From: Saccostrea echinata
Taxonomy: Eukaryota
DNA length: 64,000 bases
NCBI RefSeq assembly: GCF_033153115.1
Contig: NW_026889854.1
Span: 62,001 to 126,000 of the forward strand
Reading direction: 5' to 3'
Shown one piece after another: positions 13,838-27,420 of the stretch; the stretch's first letter is position 1, and every line of letters starts with the position of its first letter. A program made the position numbers and the translations under genes. The notes under the pieces are model-generated. The model did not search any database. It was not told the origin of the DNA and saw nothing but the letters and a program-made list of their open reading frames with translations.

Positions 13838-14215
13838 ACATATTGACAAACAAGTTGATGAAACAGAGATATTAACAGTCTCGTTTAAAGTCGTCATTTC
13901 TCAAGTACTATGGTCGATACAATGACCTTGTTAGCAAATACAATCTATCATTAAGTCGAATGCTGACTGACGTTTTTCATACTAATTGTTAGGCCATTCT
14001 TTAAACACTGGATTGTCTACGGATTTTTCCCTTTGCCCGATCATGACAATGAGCACACTGTGGTTGTGACCGGTTGACAGGGGATGCTTACTCCTCCATG
14101 GCACCTGATCCCACCTTTGATGATTTTAGAGGCCCGTTTTTGCTCTTCTCACGATTTTTATTGTTTCAATGGTCTTTTGAACTTGAATACTGTTCCTTAT
14201 CTCCATATTTCACAT
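13838..14215 (+). mobile_element. Naiad 3' fragment
   Basis: RT C-terminus and 3' motif ending atatttca. Confidence 0.8.
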
Positions 14216-14245
14216 TAATGTTCTCATTTCACACAATGTTCAGTT

Positions 14246-14541
14246 GGCCGCGTGGCGCAGTGGTTAGAGCGTCTGCTTTAGAGTCGCGAGGTAAGGACTT
14301 GATCCTTACGTTGCGGGTTCGAATACCACTGTGGGACGTGGAGACCGGTTTTTCGGATGAGACCGTATAAACCGAGGTCCCGTGTCGCAGTAGGTGCTGG
14401 CACGAAAAAGATCCCTCACTGCTCATTGGCCCTGAGTGCCGGGCATAAGACACATTTGCAGCTCTCCACCGGCAAGTGGTGGCGTCTCCATATGAGTGAA
14501 AAATTCTCGAGAGGGACGTTAAACAACATACAAACAAACAA
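14246..14541 (+). mobile_element. tRNA-derived SINE with Deu/Nin-like core
   Basis: A box TGGCGCAGTGG, B box GGTTCGAATAC, core tcggatgagacc...aaccgaggtccc...aaagatccc, (CAAA)n tail. Confidence 0.85.
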
Positions 14542-15711
14542 TTACATAATATTCGCCCTTCTTAAAAGTTTTTACACTTCTTCCCTATTTTTGGTCAGAA
14601 ATTAATTTATGCGTTGTAGACAAGTATATTTAAATGAATGTGATTTACGCAAAACATTTTGTTCAAAATTCATTTCTAATATCACTCAATAAAAAAAAAC
14701 TTTCAATGCATGAAATTACCTATATTTTCTTATTTAATTCAAATCATTTAGCAAGACCATAAAATAACGTCATATTTACCATACATTTCTTTAACATTGC
14801 CCAACTTTCATGTAAATTATTTTGGCAATGGTAAATGAAAACTTGATTAAATGATTATGATTTATAAATTGCCTTTACACAATGAACAATGCCCATGCAT
14901 TCTACTTTCTGTGTACAAATTTTGTTCGATTAACGAAATCACACGATTCTCCATTAGCTGAAGGGAGCGGAAATTTGCACGACTCTTTATCGGCGAGTTT
15001 TACAAGAAATGACGTGTTATCTGTCCTCCTTTCGCCAATCATTTACTGCTTTTACTCACTGAAGTGTCTGATTTGACATAGTTTTACTTGTAGTCTAATC
15101 TGAAGAGACCTTGCCTAAAGTTTTGACTGCGGTTCATTTTCCCTTAACATTGTCGAGAGTTATTGACGCATTATCATCAGTATGTCATTTTTTCCCATGT
15201 GCGTATAAATTTTTGATTTAAAAACAGCTAGGGCAGATCAATTTTATTTTCCCATTTAAATTTATCCGAGAACGCCAATGATATAATCCGCCGTTAGGAG
15301 ACACCTCGCAGTCTATGTAAAGCGTGCTGTATACGACATAGCAAAAAGCTAATGAACATGTTAATAGATTTACGTCTAAATTAAAGTAAAGATACAAAAA
15401 TGTTTTCTAAAACAAAAAAAAAAATGATTTTCGAATGAAATTTAGATTTCAAGGATACATTTTTTTTATTTTTATTGCAATTGTATCGAAATGCTTGAGG
15501 GATTACAAGATACGCGTTCCTTTTCCCTAAGCTGGTGTAAAGAAATTCGAAAAAATCAATTCCCGATTGCAAACTTCTTGTCTCTGCTCACTGAGAATCT
15601 CAGATATTAGCTTCCTCGTTTAATAACTTTTACTGTCATTGGGCCAAATAAAAAAGGATTGATTTTCCCGTTCATTCAGTCGTTACTTTACTACAAGTTG
15701 TGTAACGAAAA

Positions 15712-16370
15712 AGGTGAAAATAACAAACATTGATCAAAAAATCTACAAACAATACAAAACTGTGAACAGGGCAAAAAATATGGGAAAAGGTGCCTACGGA
15801 GGAGGATTTCGGATTTTTCGTAGTCAAATTAAGTATAAAACAAAGGCCTAACATGGCAGCCAAAATACGACCCAATGATAGGTTATTTTTGCTAACGAAG
15901 TCATTATAACGATCATAGAATTTACGAAATGCTGACTTTAACTTATCTGTCAGTAGTCTGCCTCGGTTTAAAAATTGATCTTACTCAGAGAGCATGCTCT
16001 TGAGTATCGAATAAGTTGGGAGACGTAAACACCATATACATGTGATAACGAAATATTACTTCATATATAGGAAAATTGACGATGGAAAATTCGTAGTCAT
16101 CCCGTTTGTCATACTATTTATTATTGGTAGCCCTTATCGTCTATAGTCTGCAAAACATTAAAAAATGAAACAAATGTGGCAGACTGCGTAGTATCTTCTA
16201 TTTCGAGTTCACTGGGGATATATCGAGTCGACATATGAATGGAATATAGAGATAACGAATAATATTCAATCAAGCTCATAAGTCCATTCAAACAATACAA
16301 ATCAGGAGCAGAGCAAATATGAACTCTAAAACAGCCAAGGTGGGATCAGGCGCCATGGAAGAGTGCAGCA
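15712..16370 (-). mobile_element. Rearranged Naiad fragments (3' region plus a second 3' end)
   Basis: Similarity to 17240-17880; second 3' terminus at ~16235-16370. Confidence 0.65.
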
Positions 16371-16599
16371 AAGTGTTTTGAAGAGAACCTTGACAGATTG
16401 AATTAAAAATTTTAAAGTGAGTACAAGCATTTACCTTCAAAGACTTATAATGTACTATTATATCATAGTACACAGAACTGGTCTATTGTCCCTTTTCTGT
16501 CTGAGGGTGAAGTGCCAGTATGAAATCCCATCTACATTGTATTCTCGTAACTATTCTTATATTGAACAATATATATATTTTTTACTTATTCTCAGAACA

Positions 16600-17000
16600 T
16601 ATGGCATGTGAAACGTTGCATTATTATACTTTTTGTTATTCCTATTCAATTTTGTTATTTTTATTCTAAAACATATTATTCCAGTTCGATAAAATGTGAT
16701 TCCTCTTCGATAAGTTGTTATTCTTATGCGAAAAATGTAATTTCTATTTGATAATTAATCATTCCTATTCGATAAGTTATTATTCCTATTCGAAAACATG
16801 TAATTCCTTTTCGATAATTTTTTATTCCTATTCGAAAACATGTGATTCCTATTCGATAATTCTGTCATTCTTATTTGATAAGTAAATGATTCATATTCGA
16901 TAAACATGTTATTCCTGATGAAACACATTTGATTCATATTCAAAAATATACAATTTCTATTCGATAATCTTGTTATTCCTATTCGATATATTGATCAGTT
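16600..17000. repeat. ~21-bp tandem repeat (ttattcctattcga...) preceded by a tatggcatg terminus like that of the 48630 foldback
   Basis: Visible periodic attcctattcgataa / attcctattcgaaaacatg. Confidence 0.7.
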
Positions 17001-17234
17001 GAATTATGATTTAAAAATAAATAATAATGTATGTTTTCCTTTTCATCATATGGGATATGACGGTTGTCATCCTATTTAGAATTTTTAAAAAAATGTATAA
17101 TATATTTGAATGGGACATGATGCTGATATATTGTGCTTATACTATGCTGATAGACAACGTGACATGAAAGAGCACATTATGCCAATGATATAAAAAGAAT
17201 GCACATTGTCCGAAAGCTATAAAGTAGTTTGCTG

Positions 17235-19760
17235 ATGAAATATATGGAGATAACGAACAGTATATTCAAGCTCAAAAGTCCATTAATCAATACAAAATAG
17301 GAGCAGAGCAAACGGACCTCCAAACATCAGAGGTGGGATCAGGTGCCATGGAGGAGTGAGCATCCCCTGCCGGCCGGTCACACCCGCCGTGTGCTCCTTG
17401 TCATGATCGGTAAATAACGGAAAAATCCGTCGACAATAATGGCCTAACAATTAGTATGAAAAACGTCAGTCAGCATTTGACTCAATGATAAATTGTATTT
17501 GCTGACAAGGTCATTGTATCGACCATAGAACTTACGAAATGATGACTTTAAACGAAACAGCTGATATTCTTGTTTCATCAACTTATTTGTCAAGAATTTA
17601 CCTCGTTTTAGAAATTGTACATACGTAGAGCATGCTCTTGCGTATCGAATCAACTGAGAGATATATACCCCGTATGCAGGTGATGAAGGTATATTGCTGC
17701 ATAAGTAAGGGAAGTTGACGATTGAAAAGTTAAAGTCATCACGTTTATCATAAAGCTTGGTTGTTAGATTACCATTAACGTCTTTTTCAAGTAAAATATC
17801 CAAATATGAAACAGATGTGTCAGACTCTGTGGTATCTTTTATCTCAAGTTCACAAGGATATATCGTATCGACATAAGAATGGAAATAGCCATTGTTAATT
17901 GACAATACGTCGTCGATATATCTAAGTGTCGAGTTGAAGGCCACAGCAAGTGTTTTCTTCTTTTCACGTACAAGATTTTGGACAAATTCTGCTTCATATG
18001 AATACAAAAAAAGGTCTGCTAATAACGGAGCGCAATTGGTACCCATGGGAATTCCAATAGATTGTTGGAAGACCTGGTCTCCAAAAACCACATAGATATT
18101 GTCAATCAGAAACTCAAGCATCTTTTTAATGTCAACTTCAGAGTACTTGTGTGAACAATCAGAATGTTTTTTAACAAAATAATTTTGCAAATGACCAATG
18201 ACAAGGTAAGTATATTTACGAGTTCCATTTTTATTGAAAAAGCAACTGTCAATGATATCAAAAAGACTGGACTTTAATTTATCGTGGGGAATGGTTGTGT
18301 ACAAAGTTGAAAAGTCGTAAGTTTTTAAGCTGTTGATTTTGGTAAAATCTTGTGATTTCAAATTTTCCAAAAGTTCCTTGGAATTTTTAAGTATCCACAT
18401 CTGATTTACACCACTTCTCGAATATATTGTTGCACAGTACTCTTGAAGTTTCTCCTTCATCACTGTTAATATCTTAGTGAGGAGTAAAGATAGAGGCTTG
18501 GTTGAACATTTACTGGAACCCGCTATGTATCTTTGTTTGTAAGGATTTTTATGAAGTTTCGAAATACAATATAAATATGGTAATTCAATTTCATTTTGGT
18601 TGTTTGGAATATTAAAAATATTCAAAACTGACATATGATTTTGAAGAATTTCTTCCTTAGAAAGGGAACTATGAGTATAAGTGGATTACCACTTGTAGAA
18701 TTAAATCCAAGTTCCTCTAAAATACATTTAATATAATGAGCCTTACAAACAAAGACAATATTGTTACCTGCTATGTCAGCAGGGACCAGTACGTACTGAT
18801 CATGTAATCTATCTAATTCTTTTTTCACTTCTGGATTATTGAATACAGAAGGATAGATGGTTTTCATATTGCCTCTCAATCTTTTAATGCGCGATTTTAA
18901 CATACATCTGATACATTTAATCCATTCTGACAAAGTGTCAAGGTCTTCTTTTTCATGTCTGGTCCATCGCCTGGCGTAGTCCTCTACAGAATCCATAATA
19001 TTTATGAAATTCCGACGCCAGTTGAAGGATCTGGGTTCCCTAAATTTAGGACCTTTTAAAATTAGTGATCTAAGGTCCTCATTATTAACTATAATTACGT
19101 CACCAGTAATAACGTGTCCAGCAGGACTATAGTTATAGGGCGAAGAAGAACATGAACACGATGGAGGATTATGCTTCAGATTTTCGATATCCAGGTCCTG
19201 TAAAGTTTTCTTGTAATTAAAAAGTTTGGAAGCAATAGTCGATGTATATTTGTAGGAAATACAAGGTGGAGTCTTTAACATGAAATATGATGGAATACAA
19301 GACTGGACCCTTTTGTGATTAAGAATATTACTTATATTAACCGCGTCAATTCCTTTGTTGGCATATTGAAGTTTAAAAGGAAAAAACGGATTGTTTTAGC
19401 TGCATTTTCTTCAGTAAAACGCGGGGGTTTAAAAAGCCTATGATTGGCAATATCCATAATTACAGATCCGAGCCTATATTCTGGTGTCGAGGAATCACAA
19501 AATGGACTTTCCTTGACCTTTTCAAGAAGACTATTTAAAAGTTTCAAAGGGACAGAGTAAAGTTTGGTGCGAATATGATGTAGACCTAACTGTTGATTTA
19601 CGTAAGGTAGTAATGAATCAAAAGAGACATCGTGTATTAAAGGTTAATTGTAAGACCGATGCCCATGACTACGCTTACGTCTCTGTGTATGGTTAAAAAG
19701 TCCCATCACATTTACATTGTTACACTGTGGACTGGAAAGATTTCCAACACTATCGACGTA
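17235..19760 (-). mobile_element. Penelope-like retroelement, Naiad-type (N-terminal endonuclease clade), 5'-truncated, three inactivating lesions
   Basis: RT motifs YDFSTLYT, GIPMGTNCAP, YIDD. The ORF ends at DVFHTNC with no C-terminal GIY-YIG. The linker has the CxC motif (PSCSCS...GHVITGD) and RRKRSHGHR. Lesions: TAA at ~19645 and frameshifts at ~19385 and ~18682. Confidence 0.85.
17444..18634 (-). pseudogene. Reverse transcriptase domain of the Naiad-like PLE (open 396 aa, frameshifted from upstream linker)
   Basis: ORF track; RT palm and thumb motifs. Confidence 0.85.
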
Positions 19761-20565
19761 ACACAACCAAATATTTCACAAAATTACTTTAATTGATACG
19801 TCGATCACTTGTATTGTTTTATACTCAAAACAACATAAATTTTATCTATCTCAGGAGGTCTGGCAGCTTTATCAGAAAGGGATTAGGATATTAACTGACA
19901 ATGGGCTTAGTTATCTTGTGCTTCCTGAATTCCTCTTTTTTGTCATTTGTTTATTAAGAGGTCAATGAAAAAGAGTATATGACTAATATAAACTTGGAAA
20001 ACGTTGAATCTCTCTCTGTCTCTCTCTCTCTCTCCTATTAAAAGAACAGACTAAAATAGATGTTATTTTGGCAATTCAAATATTGCTAAATTTGCATATA
20101 AGAAAACAATTACAGGCTATGTAGAGGTTAATTAAAACACCATGTCGTTACTGATATAAATGCGTTCATGCCAAAGGAAACATTGAATTGATTCTCTCCA
20201 ACACAGAAAGTCTTCTGTACATTCTTTCATGTAAATTAACCATTGAAAATAAAATTGAGGAATAATTTCTGAATCTCTTGGAAAATGAAATCTGTTTTGG
20301 GCAAATTGTTATGACCAATCTTAGAAATTTGAACTTATCAGTTACCAATCCTCTTGTCTATTGGTTAATTTGACAGAGCAGAATAGGAATTAATTGCAAT
20401 AAAAATTCCATCTCTTTTTTAAGGGAAATTTACCTTGATCATTATAGGAGAAATGCCTGTTTGTTAGTGTGATAATGTATCTCCACTTACTTGTCTTTTA
20501 CCTTGTCTGTGTACATGTATTGGAGAGGGGGTGTAACAAAAACACCTCAGATAATTACCAAAACA

Positions 20566-21072
20566 ATAAATAGAGGATATTCAATGTTTTGTAGTTGGAT
20601 ATGGAATTTATTTCACGAGTGGGACGGGAATTTTTTTTTATTTTCAGGAGTGCGAAGCACGAGTGAAAATATAAAAGAAATCCTTCCTCACGATTGAAAT
20701 AAATTCCATATCCAACTACAAAACATTGAATTTTCTGTTTTTTACATTTTCTTTGATTTTTCCTTTGCCTCTGTCTTTTTTAAACACAGTGCCATAGGCC
20801 GTGACGTCATAGCTTAGCAATAGTTAAATTGAAAACATTGGTAACATGGATTTTAGCAACATATTTGGGAAGAAATTGGCAGTTTTAGTCTCTATCAAGA
20901 CGGTTTAGTTACAATCTCTATCTTATGACTGGCCAGAAATTATTTTAACTTACTTTGATATCCTTTCACACTGTGAGGAAATATCACTTTGGTATCCTTT
21001 CACACTGTGAGAGAATATCACTTTTATTCAATTAATAAATCACACAATTTCGCTATTGAATATGTAATTAAA
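20566..21072. mobile_element. Palindromic non-autonomous element (Crypton-like by architecture)
   Basis: Perfect 37-bp IR 20579-20615 / 20695-20731 centred on GCGAAGC; 34-bp duplication at ~20960-21022. Confidence 0.5.
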
Positions 21073-23599
21073 ACAAATTTCAATAATTATGGGACATAGC
21101 ATAGCAAAGTTTGGAAAAGAATTTAATATTTTTTGTGAATTTTAATGTATTTTTGATATCTTTTTTAATAACACAGAAATTCTAGGAAAAACCTTTACAA
21201 ATCAATTCAATTAATGACTTAAGTGACACGGATCTGCATTAGTAAGTATAAAGCATCATTTATTTGTCTAATTAAAAAGCACTCGTGATTTCTCCAGGGT
21301 ATCACGAGACCAATCAATCAATGGAATGGGAAAAAAGAAGAGAAACATTACCCTAGTTTTAGTTCTGGACATACACCCACTATTCCTTGTGGGACTGCGG
21401 GTGATAACACACCAGCTGCTTGTCTGCCGGTTACAGATTGTGAGTGATACGGTGCAGTATATAGAACACTGTTGAGATTGTACCAGCAAATCACCAATAT
21501 AACTGTCACAATAAAATATAGCGAAATTCTAATCTTGGATTGCGAACAACAATTAAAAAGTGTTCACATCATGTGTTGATGTATGTATGTTTTAGATTTC
21601 AGAAAGCTATTTCTGCAGGGCTTCTTTTCTGCACAAGTGGCACAAGGTGTAAAACTATCAACCAGGAATATATTTTCGGATGAAACTGCCATCTACTCTT
21701 AAAGCAATCGACCTTGTAAATTTAAAAAAGGGGGTGTCATTCATGAAATGTCACTTCCTTGAATTGTTGTTTAATTCTTGTTCGTAATGGTCATATTTTC
21801 TTTTTTCAAAAGACATGGAAACGCACCTTTTTTTCAACTTTCTATATAGTTGATCAGCTTAAGTAAAAGTATTATATATATTCATGATATACAAATTATT
21901 TAAAAAGATTTTTATATACTCAATATCAGACAAATACAAAATATTTGTGAATATTGTAGCTGATACAGAGGAAAAGATTACCAAATGGATACCTTGTAAA
22001 GCTTATCATAAAACATTAATAGAAAAAAGTTTGTCGATTCCATATTTTAAAAGAAATGGAGAAATGGCGGTCCATGCCCCAGGTGTTTTGATGGTAACTA
22101 CTTTTTTAAAAACTTTATATATCTACCTGTAGATGGAAAGCTTGAATAGTAGTAGTTTTATATAAAATATATCATGAAACATAACCTATCACTGTTTTAT
22201 TTTAAATTTAAATTTAAGTTTTAAAACTAATATCCCCAAATAGCAATACATGCAACACCCTATTATTTAATTTTTTTTTTCGCCTAATATTATTTCTTTG
22301 ATTACGATTCAACATAAGAAACACTTGGCAAATCCCTAGCACCTTTCCGATATTTGCATATTATTTTAGAACAGATATAGAAAATGAAAGTAAAATGATA
22401 CATTTGGACGAACACCACCAAATGTTTTCCCATGGACTTCCAAACAAAGTTGAGCCCCTGTAACTGATTCATATATGAAATTTTGGGCAAATGACTTTCT
22501 TGCCGTGAAACTTCGAGATTTTGCAAAACAAAACATGCCAGAAAAAATATACCGTGCTGCAGCACTTTTACTTTCAAATTCCATTTGTTAACAACTAGGT
22601 GCGTTCAGCACCAAATGAAACTCTCTAACCGAAGTGCATCCTCCCCTCAAATTTTTACCTGTAACTCCTATATATCTCAAAGTAGCCTAAGTCTTGATAC
22701 GAGATTTTTATCACCTTTATTTCACTTGTCAAAAATATAACAAGTCTTTTCTTTTAATGACCAATCATGTGCGCTGTAGCATTTTCTTCTCCGTACAACT
22801 GTGAGTGTCAAAAGTACCTGCGCCCATGTCTAGGTGTTTTTTTTTCCTCTATTTTACAAAGTTTTCTTTCAAAAATCAAACCTGGGAAAAAATTTATTGG
22901 TGTCGTATAAAGATTTCCATATTCTTCTTGAAAAAATGAATAACTTTTGCTATGCAAACATTTTAGAAGCTGTTACTTGTGTCAAAATGTCGTTCACAGA
23001 CAAACAGCTTGTAATCAAGTAAATATTCTCATGAAGAACAGCTAAAAATCCCCTGTATTCATTAGGCGACACTGGTCTCATCCCGTCACATCCATTGATT
23101 GTTCATGCAAGGTGCCCGGGTCTGAGTTAATTGTTGTTAAAATCCTCAGGGACCATAAAGGGTGTGCATAAACCATTAAGTGAATCATTGAATGTCACAA
23201 GTCCCCAGGGAAGGATTATATATGATGCCAGTCATGTTTTACATTTTTGAAAGCGAATGTGCTGTGGGAATCTACGCTTCTGTCGACCTACATGGCATCT
23301 CGTCTACCATCCAATGGTTTACAAAGAGTAAGACTATTGGTTTTAGTTCAGATGTGCTGTATTAATTATATGATACATTTTAGACTATATTAATTAGACA
23401 TAGATAGATGTTACAGATTTACTTCAATAGATTCTATCTCTTGTCTCAGCGTATGCGAATTAAAATGATAATAGAAAATAGAATTCAACAATTTCATTAG
23501 AAATATAAAGTGGAATCATTTGATATGACACCACAAAAACAAAATAAAACAACAAAATAAAAAAAGCCCACTTAATTAAGTAGAGTTTCACCATTAAAC

Positions 23600-24755
23600 A
23601 GAGTATTACAGAGGCGCAAAAATTGAAACATTGATAATGTCTCTATATAGGATTCTATATACTTGAAAGATAAATAGATGTTTGCAGATGATATCCTTTG
23701 GACAACTAGTTTTACTTCCTGATTCTCTTCATGGATTACAAAAAAATGCCTACTGTACTTTACTCATATAGTAACGATTAGAGAATTATCTGTAAATGTA
23801 AGTAAAACTAGTTCTAGGAAATCTGGACGGCTGAACCAAAATGATGACAAGGAAGTTGAAGTTGTCAATCAATTTACTTATCTTGGTCTTACACTCTCCT
23901 ATACAGGTTATTTTTTCTAGATATAAGATGTCATAGGCTTCTGAAAGAAGGAAATGTATGTTTTAGGCTTCTGAAATCACTGAAAAATGTCCATTTTAAT
24001 TACCTTGCTCGTTTATCTTTACTCGATACTTACATGTATGTAGGTAGTGTATCGAGTTACAAAAATACATTTAGAATATCTTAAAATTATGTTGAAAGTA
24101 AGAAAATATACCTCGTCATTGATGATCTATTATGATCTTCGTATTTTATCACTTTTTATTCAAAAGAAAATTCGCATTATCAAATTTTGGTTAAAGTTAT
24201 TCGAATCAGTGAATTGTGTAGCAAAGGATATCTGCCAAGATATGCTTGAGCAAACTGAAACATGTCTTAATGCAGAATATATAATGAAAAATAAACTACT
24301 GCTTTCATTAAGGTTTGGAGAAATTTGGTATTGTCAAAATCTTACAAACTTATTTTAACAGAATGTGAAATGATATAATTTTTGTCATTTGGAGGTTGAA
24401 GATGAGTACCATTTTATAATGAAATGCTCACTTTATCTTGAGTAGAGGAATTGCTTATAAAAAGTAACGTATGGGTATACGCGGAGTACGTATAAACTTT
24501 TACAACAGTTATCAACTGAAAATGTTAATGAATTAAGGGATATATTGAAATTTCTTCAGAAAGAGATTAACTTACTGTTAACTAAATATTTTATTTAAAT
24601 ATCAAATAGAAACAATGTTATGTAAAACCAATAGTATGTTAAAATATTTCATGTATGTATAATGCATTACTTCTGCATTAAGGGTTCTTTATTCTGCAAT
24701 TGTCTATTGATAATGTGATTTGTTAAGCCATATGGCTTAAGAAATAAATAAACAA
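23600..24755 (+). mobile_element. Decayed LINE (CR1/L2-group-like) RT 3' part
   Basis: MFADD (23678), EVVNQFTYLG (~23860), VEDEYHFIMKCSLY (~24395), AATA tail. Confidence 0.65.
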
Positions 24756-24762
24756 CAATAAA

Positions 24763-25560
24763 AACAAGATGTTTTTGTGAAACACTGATACCCCCGTATG
24801 ACAGCTCATGGCACAGCCTAAAGTTTCCCAAATGCAAGTGAAACTCCAAGATCAAGATATCAAAAACGTTGTTACCCAAAGAAAGGTCCTGTCACAAGGA
24901 ATACACCTGTGAAACATAAAGCCCTAGCAGCAACCATTCAGATATTATGGTCAAGGTTAACGCTCTTCGAAAATAGGCAAAACTCGGTACTAAAGAAAAG
25001 GCCTTGTCACAAGGAATGCACCTGTGAAATATAACAGCCCTTGCAGCAACAATTCAGAAATTATGGTGAAGGTTAACGTTATTAACTCGAAGGTTAACGT
25101 CATGACTGAAAAATATTTGCAATTAAGAAAATGCCTTGTCACAAGGAATGCATTTGAGAAATATGACAGCCATAGCACTAACCGTTCAAAAGTTATGGCC
25201 AAAGTTAGATTTTCAAAAGTAGGTCAAACTACAACGTTAAGATAAAAAATATATTAATTCTCAAGGAAGGTCTTGTCACAAGGAATACACATCTGAAGTA
25301 TGAGAGCCCTAGCACCAAGCATTCAAAAGCTGTGGCAAAGGTTAAAGTTTTTTTAAAGTGGGTATAACTCCATGGTCAATGTAAGAGGTCAAATTTGGTA
25401 CCCCCAAGAAAGTCTTATCACAAGAAATACACATGTGAAATATGAAAGAACTAGTTCTTACCAATGAAAAGTTTTTGCGGACAGATAGAGAAACAGACAG
25501 ACGGACGGACAAGGCAAAAATTAAATGCCCCCTAAAATTCGATTACGGGAGCATAAAAAC
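24763..25560 (+). mobile_element. HINE with internal repeats (cttgtcacaaggaatacac... x5)
   Basis: aacaagatg...gtgaaacac start, (GACG/GACA)n, terminal hairpin; relatives at 43898-44220 and 59340-59620. Confidence 0.7.
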
Positions 25561-26189
25561 AACAAATTTTCCATCTTTGTCTACTTGTACTACTATTCCA
25601 CCAGATTATTAAGAAACATGTTTAATAGGAAAAGCTTAACATTTAAATAATGACAGCATTTACACAAAATAGAGTGTAAATTCTTAGTATTGAATGATTA
25701 CCGAAATCACACAGATTTGCATATTTATTGAATTATGAAAATCTGTGTGATATTTCTCAGGTAAAGGGTACTTATTATAGTTACTCCGATTTCCTCTATA
25801 AAACTTTTCATCACATTCGTAGAGTTCCTTGTTTATCAACATAATGACATCTTCCTTAAAAAAATGTAACGAATCGTTGAAAAAATGTATACATGTATGA
25901 AAGAACGTGTACTAATGATAAAAGTACAATGCTCTGCGGAATTAAATTCGCTCTAGAGTGGAAATTATACCTCGCGTTCACTAAAAGCAATATACTGATG
26001 AATACCTGTTACATATATATTGCAAAGGATATTGCACATGACAATAAGCATCGGGATAAAAAAAATATTAGCTGGTCTTTGAAGGTTTATTACTTAATTT
26101 GAAAGTCGACATAGTTTTTTTTTTATAATAAAGAAACTTTAAACTTGATAAATGTATCGCCTAGAGAGATTTCACAATTTCTGAAAATT

Positions 26190-26500
26190 GTAAAGTAAGC
26201 TAGAAATAAGCTTGATTTACTGCGATAGTTGTAATTGTATAGAAAGTTTGAAATAGCTTGATTTCCTGCGGTAGTTGAAGACGTAGTAAGCTTGATTTAC
26301 TGCGATAGTTGAATACATAGTAAGCTTGAAATAACCTTGATTTAGTTGATTACATAGTAAACTTTAAATAAACTTGATTTACTGCGATAGTTGAATACAT
26401 TGTACGCTTGGTTTAATTCGATAGTTTAATACATAGTAAGCTTGAAATATGCGAAAGTTGGATACACAGCAAGCTTGAAATAAGCTTGATTTACTACGAT
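26190..26500. repeat. Minisatellite (aagcttgaaataagcttgatttactgcgatagttgaatacatagt variants)
   Basis: Direct tandem copies. Confidence 0.75.
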
Positions 26501-26751
26501 CACCATGAGGCTTTTATCTTGAACTTTTTTGAGTTTCCAATACATTCATCAATGATGCTAGATTGGAAGAGACTATATGTAGTTACAAGCAATATTACCT
26601 TTACTTTCAATAAATTCAATTGAAATATAGGAAACATAACACTCTGAATAAAAAAGCTTGGCAAAGCATTAAAATACTTAAAATATGGCAAAACACTTGG
26701 ACAATTTTATTTACTATAGCAGACATTTTGAATCTTTGATTTACATGTAGT

Positions 26752-27420
26752 ATGGAAAAGGTGAAAATAACGAACAGTGATTGATCTAAAAAAAAAAAAC
26801 TACCTATAAACAATACAATTCTGTGAACAGGATAAAAACACGCACCCCTCGAAATTTCATAGTGGAGCAAGTGCCCAGGAGGAGTAAGCATCCTCTGTCG
26901 ACAGGTCACACTCGCCGTGAGCCCTATGTATTGATCAGGTAGACGGAATATTCCGTAGTCAAAGTTTAGTATGAAACAAAGGCCTAACAATGTACGGAAT
27001 ATGTCAGTCAAAAAATTCCACCCAATAAAAAGGTATATTGCAAACAAGGTCATTAAAACGTCCATAGAATTTACGAAATACTGACTATAAATCAGGTTGT
27101 AGAAATCCCGTGACTCAACTTTTCTGTCAGTAGCCTACTTTGGTTTAAAAATTGATCGTACTTATAGCATGCTCTTTCGTGCTGAATCAGTTGGGAGACA
27201 TTAAACACCTCATGCAGGTAATATTCGAATATTACTAGATAGATAAGGAAAATGGACGATGGAAAAGCTGAATCATCTTGTTTGTCATGCACTCTGTGGT
27301 GTCTTTTATTTCGAGTTGACTTTAATATATATAGAGTCGACATATGAATGAAAGTTACCATTGCTTATAGATGAAACGTGATTTTGAAGAATTTCATTCT
27401 TAGAAAGTGAACTGTGAATT
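26752..27420 (-). mobile_element. Degenerate Naiad fragment
   Basis: 3' motif plus decayed RT C-terminus. Confidence 0.7.

Noticed and set aside
14246-14335. Functional tRNA genes (also 29165 and 42215)
   Set aside because: No proper acceptor or anticodon stems; they are SINE heads or transposon-borne fragments.
17232-17262. Hammerhead core CTGATGA...GAA
   Set aside because: It is formed by chance at the flank/element junction on the antisense strand, has no stem II or GAAA, and is absent from other copies.
17325-17395. Twister/pistol/HDV ribozyme resemblance (ccggtc, gatcaggtgc, tcccc)
   Set aside because: Only short word matches; the required conserved loops and pseudoknots could not be built.
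17235-19760. Selenoprotein-encoding Naiad with a SECIS element
   Set aside because: The interruptions are a TAA and frameshifts, not in-frame TGA. The 3' UGAC/UGAU quartet lacks a regular helix II and the apical AAR.
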